A stretch of 32,000 nt of DNA from Ornithinimicrobium murale (GCF_003352835.1 NZ_QLVD01000032.1:123886-155885); one strand, 5' to 3'. Shown: positions 1-9,233, counted from the first letter of the stretch. The notes: generated by a model not told the origin, from the sequence alone. A program made the numbers and translations.

Positions 1-2
1 CG

Positions 3-398
3 CAAGCTACGCCGGAGACCCAGCCCTACTGGGACGGCACGGCGGCCCGCGAACTGCGCATCCAGCAGTGTGTCCCCGAGCAGCACACCTTCTTCTATCC
101 CCGCACCAGCTGTCCGACGTGCGGCACCGAGGAGGTGAAGTGGGTGACGGCCTCGGGCCGTGCCCGGCTGCACACCTATGTGATCTCGCACCGGCCCGCG
201 CCCGGCTTCACTCCGCCCTATGTCATCGCGGTGGTCGAGCTCGAGGAGGGCCCGCGGATGATGACCAACCTGGTCGGCATCGACCCCGATCCCGATCTGC
301 TCGAGCTCGACATGGACCTGGTCGTGGACTTCGAGGCACGCGGTGAGGACATCTCGGTGCCGGTCTTTCGTCCCACCGGCAGCAAGGAGGCAGCGTGA
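3..398 (+). CDS. DUF35 Zn-ribbon/OB-fold protein (partner of SCP-x-type thiolase); 5' end lies outside the window
   Basis: The frame stays open from position 3 with no stop. The translation QATPETQPYWDGTAARELRIQQC...FFYPRTSCPTCGTEEVKWVTASGRARLHTYVISH shows a Cys-pair zinc ribbon followed by an OB-fold segment, typical of DUF35. The stop overlaps the next gene's start (GTGA at 395-398). Confidence 0.85.
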   Translation, partial: QATPETQPYWDGTAARELRIQQCVPEQHTFFYPRTSCPTCGTEEVKWVTASGRARLHTYVISHRPAPGFTPPYVIAVVELEEGPRMMTNLVGIDPDPDLLELDMDLVVDFEARGEDISVPVFRPTGSKEAA

Positions 399-1543
399 GC
401 GACGTCGTCATCATGGGGGCGGCCGAGACCGACCAGCTCGGCAAGCTTCCCGACATCAGCACCCTGGAGCTGCACCTGCAGTCGGCTCGCAGCGCGTTGC
501 GCGACGCCGGCCTGGGCATCGAGGACATCGACGGCATCGCGTCGGTCTCGGCGCCGGGTCCGGTGACCATCGCCCATGCGCTGGGCATCACCCCGAGCTG
601 GGTCGACACCACCTCGGTCGGTGGCGCCTCCTTCCTGTTCCACGTGCGTCACGCGGTCGCCGCCATCCGGGCCGGCCAGGCCAACGCGGTCCTGATCACC
701 CACGGTGAGTCGGGCCGCTCCCGCGTCGGTGCGCCACCGTGGGCGATGGCCAAGGACTCCCTGTCCGGGCAGTTCGAGTTCCCGTTCGGGGTGCTGGGGC
801 CCCCGACGACCTTCAGCCTGCCGGTGATGCGCTTCCTGAAGGAGACCGGCACCACCATCGAGCAACTGGCCGAGGTGGCCGTCGCACAGCGCCGGTGGTC
901 CTCCCAGAACCCGCGGGCCATGTTCCAGGAGGAGGTCAGCGTCCAGGACGTGCTGGACTCACGCCCGGTCGCCAGTCCGCTGACGCTGCTCATGTGCTGC
1001 CTGGTGACTGACGGCGGCGGGGCGCTCGTGGTCACCTCGCGTGAGTTCGCGGAGTCCCGGGGCACGGACCACCCGTTGGTGTCGGTGCTGGGCACGGGAG
1101 AGTGCGCCACCACGCCGATGATCTCGCAGATGGCGGACATGACGCGGTGTGAGCAGTTCGAGGTCTCGAGTCGACACGCGCTGCAGGAGGCGCGCCTGAC
1201 GACCGACGACATCGACCACCTGATGATCTACGACGCCTTCGCGCACGTGCCGCTCTTTGGCCTCGAGGACATGGGCTTTGTCGGTCGTGGTGAGGCCGGC
1301 GCCTTTGTCGCCGACGGACACACCTCGCCCGGCGGGTCGCTTCCGATGAATACCAATGGCGGAGGGTTGTCCTACACGCATACGGGCATGTATGGAATGT
1401 TCGCCATCCAGGAGGCCGTCCGGCAGTTGCGCGGAGAGGCCGCAGCACAGGTCCCGGACGTCAGCACGAGCCTGGTCCTCGGCAATGGCGGAATGTTTAT
1501 GAGCGCGGCCACTCTCGTGCTCGGAAATGCGGCAGCCGCCTGA
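395..1543 (+). CDS. Thiolase-like protein of the SCP-x / lipid-transfer (Ltp) type
   Basis: 382-aa ORF with a thiolase-superfamily pattern (…GIASVS…, …NTNGGGLSYTHTGMYGM…). It is translationally coupled to the upstream DUF35 gene, a known conserved pairing. Confidence 0.85.
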   Translation: MSDVVIMGAAETDQLGKLPDISTLELHLQSARSALRDAGLGIEDIDGIASVSAPGPVTIAHALGITPSWVDTTSVGGASFLFHVRHAVAAIRAGQANAVLITHGESGRSRVGAPPWAMAKDSLSGQFEFPFGVLGPPTTFSLPVMRFLKETGTTIEQLAEVAVAQRRWSSQNPRAMFQEEVSVQDVLDSRPVASPLTLLMCCLVTDGGGALVVTSREFAESRGTDHPLVSVLGTGECATTPMISQMADMTRCEQFEVSSRHALQEARLTTDDIDHLMIYDAFAHVPLFGLEDMGFVGRGEAGAFVADGHTSPGGSLPMNTNGGGLSYTHTGMYGMFAIQEAVRQLRGEAAAQVPDVSTSLVLGNGGMFMSAATLVLGNAAAA

Positions 1544-1556
1544 CCAGAAGATCATC

Positions 1557-1588
1557 GGCCGTCGGGCTCGTGTGCGGGCCCGACGGCC
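1557..1588 (+). terminator. Stem-loop after the thiolase-like gene (possible intrinsic terminator, no U-tract)
   Basis: ggccgtcgggc / gcccgacggcc form a perfect 11-bp inverted repeat around a 10-nt loop, 14 nt after the stop codon. There is no T-run, as is common in high-GC actinobacteria. Confidence 0.4.
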
Positions 1589-1606
1589 GCCTGAATATCC
1601 CATTAC

Positions 1607-1623
1607 CCTGTTTGAGGAACAGG
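1607..1623. promoter_or_regulatory. 17-bp palindrome upstream of the TetR gene (candidate autoregulatory operator)
   Basis: CCTGTT-TGAGG-AACAGG is a perfect 6-bp inverted repeat. It sits in a locally AT-richer stretch about 90 bp upstream of the TetR start at 1715. Confidence 0.3.
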
Positions 1624-1714
1624 CTTGGGAAGCCGGTTTCGGGCTATCATCCGTCCCCAACAGAACGGGTGGTGTCCGGCACCAATCCACACCCGTGAAT
1701 GGAGAGGACGGCTC

Positions 1715-2350
1715 ATGACTGTGTTGGACGGGGAAGAGGGAGCGACTCCGCCTGCCACCAGCAATCGGCAGTGGAGCAAGACAAGTAGCACCCGGCGGAC
1801 GATCCTCGCGGCCGCCGAGGACGTGTTCGTCGATCTGGGCTACTGGGAGTCCAACATATCCAACATCGTGGAGCGTTCCGGCTCCAGTGTCGGCAGTATC
1901 TATCATCATTTCGGGGGCAAGTCCGAGCTTTTCACGGCGCTCTGGGAGAGCTACTCCCAAACCCTGGGAGCCGTCGCCAACGAGGCCAGTCAGGCCTATC
2001 GTGAGGCGCACCCCAGTGAGGCGCCCATCGACGCCTTCTGTGAGGGTGCACGGGCCTACTGCATGCACACGTGGGGCAGCAGGCGCGGCCTCAGTCTCTT
2101 TTATTCGGGAGACACGCCACCGGGCTACGAGAAACTGCGTCGCCAGGGCAACAGTCGGTGGCTGAGGCGCAATGCAAAGCTCCTCGACCTCGGTGACACC
2201 AGGAGTGACGCTCTGGTCACCGCGTCCCTGACCGCGATCATTGCCGAGGCCTGCCGGCTCATCATCACGGTGGACACCGAGGAGGAGGCGCAGGAGGTCG
2301 CGGAGGCGGCAGTGGTGCTGCTCAGGGGGCTCTACGGCGCCAAGGCCTGA
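1715..2350 (+). CDS. TetR/AcrR family transcriptional regulator
   Basis: The N-terminal HTH signature TRRTILAAAEDVFVDLGYWESNISNIVERSGSSVGSIYHHFGGKSELF is present. I place the start at ATG 1715 (MTVLDG…), preceded by GGAGAGG. The tracked ORF start at 1625 is probably an upstream extension. Confidence 0.9.
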   Translation: MTVLDGEEGATPPATSNRQWSKTSSTRRTILAAAEDVFVDLGYWESNISNIVERSGSSVGSIYHHFGGKSELFTALWESYSQTLGAVANEASQAYREAHPSEAPIDAFCEGARAYCMHTWGSRRGLSLFYSGDTPPGYEKLRRQGNSRWLRRNAKLLDLGDTRSDALVTASLTAIIAEACRLIITVDTEEEAQEVAEAAVVLLRGLYGAKA

Positions 2351-2360
2351 GCGGCCGCGG

Positions 2361-2384
2361 GCCCGGGTGACGAGTCATCCGGGC
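2361..2384. terminator. Hairpin between convergent TetR and MaoC genes (possible bidirectional terminator)
   Basis: gcccgggtga-cgag-tcatccgggc forms a 10-bp stem (one G·T pair) with a 4-nt loop. It is flanked by a 15-bp direct repeat GGCCTGAGCGGCCGC at 2344-2358 and 2382-2396. Confidence 0.4.
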
Positions 2385-2404
2385 CTGAGCGGCCGCACCG
2401 GCGA

Positions 2405-3283
2405 TCAGGCGGTAGTTGCGACACGGGCTGTGCCGCGGTCGAAGCACACCGTGCCGTCTCCCCGCAACGTCTGGAAGAGGACGTCTGTGCCGTCCGTGCG
2501 CCAAGCGCGAACGGTCAGGGTGTCACCGGGCGTGACCGGAGCCGAGAAGCGCCCGCCGATCGCGGTGAGGGCGCTGACCTCGCCATCGGCCAACCCCGCG
2601 ATCAGGGCCCGGGCGCTCATGCCGTAGGTGCACAGGCCGTGCAGGATCGGACGCTCGAAGTTGCCGCGCTGGGCAAAGACCGGATCGGAGTGCAGGGGGT
2701 TGCGGTCGCCGCTGAGGCGATAGACCAGCGCCTGGCCGGGCCAGGTCGGCAGGTGCGCGAGCAGGTCGGGCTCGCGGTCCGGGAGTGCCCACTGAGCAGC
2801 GGCCGTGGCCGCCGAGGCCGCGCCCGCCTGGCCCTCGCTGAAGCCACCCTCCCCACGGATGAAGATCTGGCTCCGGGACAACACGAGCTCCTCTCGCGTG
2901 TCCGCGTCGACAGCCCGGCTCTCCGAGGAGATCAGGGCGCCCGAGCGCTTGTCCTCGATGCTCGTGATGACGCTGGTGACCTCCACCTCGCCCTCGACAG
3001 GCAGGGGCTGGGCCAGCTCGACCTCCTGGCCGCCGTGCACGAGCATCGCCGGGTTGAAGTCACCGAGCTTGCGACCGCCGCCGCCCGAGGCGACCAGCAC
3101 ACCGTAGGTGGGCAGCACCTGCTGGCTGACGCCGTGGCTGTTCTCGGTGGTCAGGGTGAGCTCCGCCAGCGGGTCGTCGTGCCCCGCACCGCACCCCACG
3201 GCATACAGCAGGGCGTCTTTGCTGGTCCAGGACCGTCGCACCGGCTCGGACGGAACACCAACGAGATCGTGATTGAGGGACAT
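2405..3283 (-). CDS. MaoC-like (R)-specific enoyl-CoA hydratase/dehydratase, double hot-dog
   Basis: The translation MSLNHDLVGVPSEPVRRSWTSKDALLYAVGCGAG … PLHSDPVFAQRGNFERPILHGLCTYG fits an N-terminal pseudo-hot-dog plus a C-terminal MaoC hot-dog with the hydratase motif. I take the start at ATG 3283, preceded by GGAGG. The ORF start at 3322 is an extension. Confidence 0.85.
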   Translation of the reverse strand: MSLNHDLVGVPSEPVRRSWTSKDALLYAVGCGAGHDDPLAELTLTTENSHGVSQQVLPTYGVLVASGGGGRKLGDFNPAMLVHGGQEVELAQPLPVEGEVEVTSVITSIEDKRSGALISSESRAVDADTREELVLSRSQIFIRGEGGFSEGQAGAASAATAAAQWALPDREPDLLAHLPTWPGQALVYRLSGDRNPLHSDPVFAQRGNFERPILHGLCTYGMSARALIAGLADGEVSALTAIGGRFSAPVTPGDTLTVRAWRTDGTDVLFQTLRGDGTVCFDRGTARVATTA

Positions 3284-3369
3284 GAGCTGCCTCCGCGAGG
3301 ATCGTGAGCCGGCGGCGGCCACACTGGGGGACCACCCGTGGTGGGCGGTCCCGGCGGCAGCAACCCAAC

Positions 3370-3401
3370 TCTAGAGTCAAATTCTAGAGCACCGTTCTAG
3401 T
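3370..3401. promoter_or_regulatory. Operator-like cluster A: three TCTAGA-core motifs at 13-bp spacing
   Basis: TCTAGA occurs at 3370, TCTAGA at 3383 and TCTAGT at 3396. The cluster includes the near-palindrome TAGAGC-ACC-GTTCTA (3385-3399). It lies 87-118 bp upstream of the MaoC start, in the divergent intergenic region. Confidence 0.55.
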
Positions 3402-3495
3402 CTTGTTTGGGCGGGCTGTCAATCCCTGCCCTGCGCCGATCGGGTGCAGGTGGGCTAGGGGTGGCACGCGGTTGGCAAAGTTTTGGAAAGGGGTC

Positions 3496-3524
3496 TTGAC
3501 GGGGCGTGGCGCGTCAGGCATGCT
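3496..3524 (+). promoter_or_regulatory. Candidate sigma-70-type promoter for the ACAD operon
   Basis: TTGACG (3496-3501), then a 17-bp spacer, then CATGCT (3519-3524). The predicted TSS falls just upstream of operator cluster B. This is a by-eye match only. Confidence 0.3.
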
Positions 3525-3535
3525 TCGAGTCAGAT

Positions 3536-3554
3536 TCTAGAGGACGATTCTAGA
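3536..3554. promoter_or_regulatory. Operator-like cluster B: two ATTCTAGA motifs at 13-bp spacing
   Basis: gATTCTAGAggacgATTCTAGAag, with TCTAGA at 3536 and 3549. It lies 31-49 bp upstream of the ACAD ATG (3585). The phasing matches cluster A. Confidence 0.55.
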
Positions 3555-3584
3555 AGCACTTTCGACACGAGCAAAGGAGCTGGG

Positions 3585-4757
3585 ATGGTCGACTTCTCCC
3601 TCACCGAGGAGCAGCGGGACGTTCGGAACGCAGTGCGGTCCTTCATCGAGAAGGAGGTCATGCCACTCGAGGCGGAGGTGCTGCGCAACGAGCGCGAGGG
3701 CCGACCGAGCCTGGAGCCCGGCGTGCTCAAGGACCTGCAGCAGAAGGCCCGCAAACACGGCTACTGGGGCATCAACACACCGGAGGAGTACGGCGGCATG
3801 GCCGTCGGCCCGGTGCTGAGCGCCATCATCGCTGGCGAGGCCGGCAGGACCTATGTGCCGTTCCGTTTCGGTGGATCTGCCGACAACATTCTCTACGCGG
3901 GCACGCAGGAGCAGCAGAAGGAGTATCTGCTCCCGACGATCGAGGGCGAGCGCCGCAGCTGCTTCGCGATCACCGAGCCGGGCGCCGGCTCGGATGCCCG
4001 GAGCATCCAGACGCGGGCCGTCCAGGACGGTGACGACTGGGTCATCACCGGAGAGAAGATTTTCATCACCAACGGCAACGAGGCCGACTTCGTCATGGTC
4101 TTTGCCGTCACGGACCGCGAGAAGGGCGCCGACGGCGGCGTGACCTGCTTCCTGGTCGACCGTGACATGGGCTGGACCTCCGACCCGATCGCCACCATGG
4201 GTGAGTGGGGGCCGGCGTCCCTGCACTTCGACAACGTGCGCGTCCCGAGCCGCAACATCCTCGGCGAGGTCGGCAAGGGCTTCGAGCTGGCGATGCGCTG
4301 GATCGGCCAGGGCCGATACATGATCCCGGCCGGTGCGCTGGGTGGCGCCGAGCGCATGCTCGAGATGGCGATCGAGCACGCCAACACGCGTCACTCCATG
4401 GGCCGGCCCATCGCCGAGTACCAGGGCATCCAGTGGCACATTGCCGACAGTGCCGTGGAGTTGGAGTCGGCGCGCTGGCTCACCCTCTTTGCCGCCTGGC
4501 AGGTCCAGGAAGGCAAGGACGCGCGTCAGGCCTCCTCGATCGCCAAGCTGAGCGGCACGGTGATGGCCAACAAGGTCGTCGACCGCGTGCTCCAGATCCA
4601 TGGCGGCATGGGCTACACCAAGGAGCTGCCGCTGGAGCGGTGGTATCGCGAGCTGCGACTGCTGCGGATCTTCGAGGGCACCGACGAGATCCAGAAGCGC
4701 ACCATCGCGCGCAACCTGCTCAAGGGGCACGTCAAGGTTGGTGACTCGCTGCGATGA
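3585..4757 (+). CDS. Acyl-CoA dehydrogenase
   Basis: MVDFSLTEEQRDVRNAVRSFIEKEV… …CFAITEPGAGSD… …IHGGMGYTKELPLERWYRELRLLRIFEGTDEIQ shows canonical ACAD motifs. I take the start at ATG 3585 after AAAGGAG. The tracked 3483 start would run through the operator region. Confidence 0.93.
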   Translation: MVDFSLTEEQRDVRNAVRSFIEKEVMPLEAEVLRNEREGRPSLEPGVLKDLQQKARKHGYWGINTPEEYGGMAVGPVLSAIIAGEAGRTYVPFRFGGSADNILYAGTQEQQKEYLLPTIEGERRSCFAITEPGAGSDARSIQTRAVQDGDDWVITGEKIFITNGNEADFVMVFAVTDREKGADGGVTCFLVDRDMGWTSDPIATMGEWGPASLHFDNVRVPSRNILGEVGKGFELAMRWIGQGRYMIPAGALGGAERMLEMAIEHANTRHSMGRPIAEYQGIQWHIADSAVELESARWLTLFAAWQVQEGKDARQASSIAKLSGTVMANKVVDRVLQIHGGMGYTKELPLERWYRELRLLRIFEGTDEIQKRTIARNLLKGHVKVGDSLR

Positions 4758-6934
4758 CCACCATGGACGGGTTCTTCACGCCGAGCAGCGTTGCTCTGGT
4801 GGGGGCCACGGACAAGTCCGGCTGGTCGCTCAGCACCTTCAACAACCTGCGTGACCCGGAGCACGGCTACCCAGGTGAGGTCTATCTGGTCAACCCGCGC
4901 ACCGAGGTGGTGCACGACACCCAGGCCTACCCGAGCCTGACCGCCATCGGCAAGCCGGTGGACCTGGCCTACGTGATGACCCCGGTCTCTGTCGTCCCCC
5001 AGGTGCTCCGTGAGGGCGCGGCCCTCGGCACGCGGCACTATGTCGTGCTGACGGCGGGCTACGGCGAGATCGGGGGTGAGGGCGCGGTGCACGAGCAGGA
5101 GCTTGCGGACCTCGCCGAGGAGCTCGACCTGGTCGTGCTCGGCCCCAACGGCAACGGGTTCATCAACGCAGCCATGAAGATCAACCCCTATGGCCTGCCG
5201 ATCCCCAAGCCGTTGATCTCCGGCAATGTCGGCGTCGTTCTCCAGAGTGGGGGCCTGGCCAGCAACGTGCTGGCCTTCGCCCAGGCACGCAACATCGGCG
5301 TGAGCCTGCTCACCTCCATGGGCAACGAGACAGTCGTGAGCGTCACCGACGTCGTCTCGGCCCTGGTGGACGACCCGAACACCAAGAGCATCGCCTTGTT
5401 CCTGGAGGCGATCCGCAACCCGGAGGAGTTCCGCGAGGTCGCCGCACGGGCCCTCGCCGCCGGCAAGCCGATCGTTGCTCTCAAGGTGGGTCGCAGCGAG
5501 AAGGCCTCGCGGACCGCCCAGGCCCACACCGGTGCACTGGTCGGCGACGACAAGACGGTCGACGCGGTCTTCAAGCAGCTCGGGATCGTGCGCGTGGAGT
5601 CGCTGGAGGACCTGATGGTCACGGCCGGCCTGCTGGCGGAGACCGGTCCGTTGCCGGGTCGTCGGATCGGCGTGGTCACGCCCTCGGGCGGCGCCTCGGA
5701 GATCATCGCCGACCGTGCCGAGATGGAGGGGCTCGACCTGCCCGACTTCTCACCCGAGACCACCGCGGCGCTGGAGGTCATCGTGCCGCCCTTTGCGACG
5801 GTGGCCAACCCGCTGGACGTCACCGGCTTCGTGCTGCTCGACCGCACGCTGCTGGGGCGGGCGGCCGAGGCTGCCGCCAAGGAGCCGGGGATCGACCTGG
5901 TGGTCCTGCTGCAGGACCTGCCGAAGGCCACTCCCTCGATGGAGGACACGGTGGCCGCCTACACGGCCAACGCTCAGATCCTGGCCAACTCGCCTGTCCC
6001 GGTGGTGGTGATGGGCAACGTGCTCACCGACATCAACGAGGTGGGGCGCGAGATCACCAGGGCGAGCAACTACCCCATGGTGCTCGGTGGCATCGAGCAC
6101 GGCATGGCCGCCATCGGACACGCGGTTCGGTGGAGCGAGACCTACCGTCGGGCGCAGGAGCGATCGGGCTCCGGTGAGCGGGCGCCGGTCGTGCCGGTCC
6201 GCACCCAGGACGCCACCGGCGTGTGGGCCGAGCACCGGGCAGGATCCTTCCTGCGCGAGCACGGTGTGCCGATCGTGCCCACGGAGCTGGTCTCGGATGC
6301 GGAAGCCGCGGCAGCGGCGGCGGACCAGGTGGGCTACCCCGTCGTGCTCAAGGCCGCCGCTGAGGGCCTGGCCCACAAGAGCGATATCGGCGGAGTCCAT
6401 CTCGGACTCGTGGATGCCGAGGCAGTCAGTGCGGCCTTCAACGCCATGCAGGCCAGTCTCGCTCAGCACGGTCACCCCGACGCGGAGGCGATCATCCAGC
6501 CGATGCGCTCGGCAGGGACCGAACTGCTGGTCGGCGTGGTGCGGGACCCCCAGTGGGGACCGACCCTCGCCGTGGCGATGGGTGGCATCTGGGTCGAGGT
6601 CATGGCCGACTCCGCCCTGCGGGTGCTGCCGGTCGACCGACAGGAGGTCCGGGAGGCCCTGGAGGAGCTGCGGGGCGTCAGCCTGCTGCGTGGCGCACGA
6701 GGGATGCCTGCCACGGACCTCGATGCGCTGGCAGCGGTCATCCACCAGGTCGGTGAGATCGCCGTGGGGCTCGGCGAGGAGCTGGAGTCGCTCGAGATCA
6801 ACCCGCTCCTCGTCCACGGAGACCGTATCGAGGCACTCGACGCGCTGATCACCTGGCGGGCGGACGAGGACAACGGGTCCGCCCCGGGAAGTGACGCCGA
6901 GATCACCGACGCGACAGAGCGGCGCAGGGCCTGA
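4754..6934 (+). CDS. ADP-forming acyl-CoA synthetase (acetate--CoA ligase family, fused alpha+beta: CoA-binding, succinyl-CoA-ligase-like and ATP-grasp domains)
   Basis: The 726-aa product has an N-terminal FFTPSSVALVGATDKSGW CoA-binding Rossmann segment and a mid GPNGNGFIN ligase segment. The C terminus, VGYPVVLKAAAEGLAHKSDIGGVHLGL, looks like an ATP-grasp domain. The start overlaps the ACAD stop (ATGA at 4754-4757). Confidence 0.88.
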   Translation: MTTMDGFFTPSSVALVGATDKSGWSLSTFNNLRDPEHGYPGEVYLVNPRTEVVHDTQAYPSLTAIGKPVDLAYVMTPVSVVPQVLREGAALGTRHYVVLTAGYGEIGGEGAVHEQELADLAEELDLVVLGPNGNGFINAAMKINPYGLPIPKPLISGNVGVVLQSGGLASNVLAFAQARNIGVSLLTSMGNETVVSVTDVVSALVDDPNTKSIALFLEAIRNPEEFREVAARALAAGKPIVALKVGRSEKASRTAQAHTGALVGDDKTVDAVFKQLGIVRVESLEDLMVTAGLLAETGPLPGRRIGVVTPSGGASEIIADRAEMEGLDLPDFSPETTAALEVIVPPFATVANPLDVTGFVLLDRTLLGRAAEAAAKEPGIDLVVLLQDLPKATPSMEDTVAAYTANAQILANSPVPVVVMGNVLTDINEVGREITRASNYPMVLGGIEHGMAAIGHAVRWSETYRRAQERSGSGERAPVVPVRTQDATGVWAEHRAGSFLREHGVPIVPTELVSDAEAAAAAADQVGYPVVLKAAAEGLAHKSDIGGVHLGLVDAEAVSAAFNAMQASLAQHGHPDAEAIIQPMRSAGTELLVGVVRDPQWGPTLAVAMGGIWVEVMADSALRVLPVDRQEVREALEELRGVSLLRGARGMPATDLDALAAVIHQVGEIAVGLGEELESLEINPLLVHGDRIEALDALITWRADEDNGSAPGSDAEITDATERRRA

Positions 6935-7003
6935 CGCTCATGACCACGGACCTGTCGGCCGCGAGCCGGGTCGCGGCTCGCGGCCGACCCACCAGGAGGT
7001 GCT

Positions 7004-8443
7004 GTGCACGACCACGCCAAACCGGTGCAGTCGCCGTGGCTGACACTCCTGGTCGTCTGCACGGTCAGCACTCTGTTGGCCCTCAACGGGAGCACGCTCA
7101 ACATCGCGCTCCCCAGGCTGGTGCGGCACTTCGAGGCAGATGCGAGCGCCGGCAGTTGGCTGCTGCTGAGCTACATGATGGCCAACAGCGCCACGTTGGT
7201 GATCTTCGGCCGGCTGGGCGACATGACCGGCCAGCGCCCCATCTACCTCATCGGTCTCACCACCTTCACCGTGAGCAGCATCCTGTGCGGGTTCGCGCCC
7301 AACATCGAGACGCTCATCGCGGTGCGGTGCGTGCAGGGGCTGGCATCGGCCATCCTGCTCACCAACGGTGCCACGCTCATTCACGGGGCGTTTCCACCAG
7401 AGACACTGGGCAAGGCGATGGGCTACTACACGGCCTCCTTCTCGGTGGCCAGCCTGGTCGGGCCGACGTTGGGTGGCTTCCTGGTCGAGGCCGCCGGGTG
7501 GCAGTGGGTCTTCTGGTTCAACGTGCCGCTCTGTCTGTTGGGCCTCTACTGGGGAGCGCGGCACCTGCGCGGCGAGCCGGCGCTGGACGGCAAGCAGTCC
7601 CTGGACGTCGGCGGCAACCTCATCACCATGGTGAGCCTGCTCATGCTGACCTTCGGCATCTCCCAGGCAACCGACCTGGGGTGGGCCAACATCCAGGTCT
7701 GGGGTCTGGCGCTCGTCGCCCTGCTGCTGGTCCCGGTCCTGGTCCGCATCGAACGGCGCGCCAAGGACCCGATCTTCGACCCGGGCGTCCTGAGGACCAA
7801 CGGTGTCGTGGGCATCTACGTGGGCGGCGCGCTCAACGCCGCCGGGCGCTTCCCGCTGGTGACGATCATGAGCCTCTATTTCCAGATCATCCTCGGCCGC
7901 AGCGCCCTGTCGGCCGGCATATGGCTGCTGCCGATGCCGATCGCCACCATCAGCGCAGCGATGTGCATGGGCTGGCTCAGCTCGCGCCGCAACGCCCGTC
8001 AGCTGAGCACCGCCGGGTCCGCCCTGGGGCTGCTAGGGCTGGTGATCGTCACCGTCAGCATCTCGACCGGCATCGTGTGGGGAACCCTGGTTGGCCTGGC
8101 CGTGACGGGCAGCGGCACCGGGATCTTCCTCGGGGCCAACGCCACGGCCCTGCTGCAGGCCCTGCCGGAGGGCAAGGCAGGCGTGGGCAATGCCGTGCGC
8201 CTGATGGTGCAGAACGGCGGCACCCTGGTGGCGACCGCGGGGGTGCTCACCATCATCACCAGCGCCGCCGCCCCGGGCCTGCGCAGCGCGGTCCTGGGTG
8301 GGGATCCTGGCGGGATGGATCCGAGCGAGCTGCTCCCGGGCTTCCAGTGGGGTCTGTTCGCGATGATCGTGCTCTCCGTCGCCGGCCTGGCCGTCTGCAT
8401 CCACAACCAGCGCATCATGCGCCCACCCCACCGGAGGACCTGA
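7004..8443 (+). CDS. MFS transporter, DHA2 (EmrB/QacA-like, about 14 TMS) family
   Basis: 479-aa hydrophobic protein with MFS motifs (…LNIALPRL…, GRLGDMTGQRPIYLIGL…). GTG start at 7004, 7 nt after CAGGAGG. Confidence 0.88.
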   Translation: MHDHAKPVQSPWLTLLVVCTVSTLLALNGSTLNIALPRLVRHFEADASAGSWLLLSYMMANSATLVIFGRLGDMTGQRPIYLIGLTTFTVSSILCGFAPNIETLIAVRCVQGLASAILLTNGATLIHGAFPPETLGKAMGYYTASFSVASLVGPTLGGFLVEAAGWQWVFWFNVPLCLLGLYWGARHLRGEPALDGKQSLDVGGNLITMVSLLMLTFGISQATDLGWANIQVWGLALVALLLVPVLVRIERRAKDPIFDPGVLRTNGVVGIYVGGALNAAGRFPLVTIMSLYFQIILGRSALSAGIWLLPMPIATISAAMCMGWLSSRRNARQLSTAGSALGLLGLVIVTVSISTGIVWGTLVGLAVTGSGTGIFLGANATALLQALPEGKAGVGNAVRLMVQNGGTLVATAGVLTIITSAAAPGLRSAVLGGDPGGMDPSELLPGFQWGLFAMIVLSVAGLAVCIHNQRIMRPPHRRT

Positions 8444-8447
8444 TCCC

Positions 8448-9185
8448 ATGCGAGGACTGAGCGGGCAGACCGCCATCGTCACCGGCGCGAGTCGCGGCAT
8501 CGGTTATGCCATCGCCGAGCGGCTCGTCGCCGAAGGAGCCCGGGTCGTGATCACCGGGCGCAAGGCGGAACCGCTGGCCGAGGCGGTGGCTGCCCTGGGC
8601 GGTCCGGAGGTGTGCCTGGGAGTGCCCGGCAAGGCCGATGACCCAGAGCACCAGCGCGCCACCGCACAACAGGCCGAACGAGACTTCGGTCCGGTGACGC
8701 TCCTGGTCAACAACGTGGGCATCAACCCGGTCTACGGATCGCTGATGGCTGCCGACCTGGGCGCGGCGCGCAAGATCGTCGAGGTCAACGCCCTGGCCCC
8801 GCTGGCGTGGGTGCAGGCCGTCTTCGGGGACCCGGCCCGTTCCGGGGCGGTCGTGAACATCTCCTCGACCGCCGGGCAGGGCACCGCACCCGGTATCGAC
8901 CTGTATGGCGCGAGCAAGGCGATGCTGGACCATCTCACGCGAGGCATGGCGCTCGAGCTCGCACCCCGGGTGCGGGTCAATGCCGTGGCTCCTGCCCTGG
9001 TCCGCACGCAGTTCGCGGCGCCGCTGATGTCCCAGGGCGAGGAGGCCGCGGCGAGCCGCTACCCGCTGGGGCGGATCGGCCGGCCGGAGGATGTCGCCTC
9101 CACCGTTGCCTTCCTACTCTCGGAGGAGGCGTCCTGGATCACCGGGACCCTGCACATCATCGACGGCGGAGGCCGTCTGACCTAG
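8448..9185 (+). CDS. SDR family oxidoreductase
   Basis: TGASRGIG glycine motif, NNVG, and the catalytic Y-x3-K (YGASKAML). RBS GGAGGA lies upstream. Confidence 0.9.
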   Translation: MRGLSGQTAIVTGASRGIGYAIAERLVAEGARVVITGRKAEPLAEAVAALGGPEVCLGVPGKADDPEHQRATAQQAERDFGPVTLLVNNVGINPVYGSLMAADLGAARKIVEVNALAPLAWVQAVFGDPARSGAVVNISSTAGQGTAPGIDLYGASKAMLDHLTRGMALELAPRVRVNAVAPALVRTQFAAPLMSQGEEAAASRYPLGRIGRPEDVASTVAFLLSEEASWITGTLHIIDGGGRLT

Positions 9186-9233
9186 CTCCACCGGACATCC
9201 GGTCGAGCTCAACCTCACCCACAAGGAGAAGTC

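Noticed and set aside
5750-6817. 355-aa minus-strand ORF, plus other long ORFs overlapping the acyl-CoA synthetase gene.
   Set aside because: They are antisense or off-frame to a gene with a clear three-domain architecture, and they show the typical high-GC ORF artefact composition.
6940-8460. 506-aa plus-strand ORF.
   Set aside because: It is an alternative frame of the MFS transporter gene. The translation is extremely R/P/G/H-rich with no hydrophobic segments, while the 7004 frame gives a canonical multi-TMS transporter.
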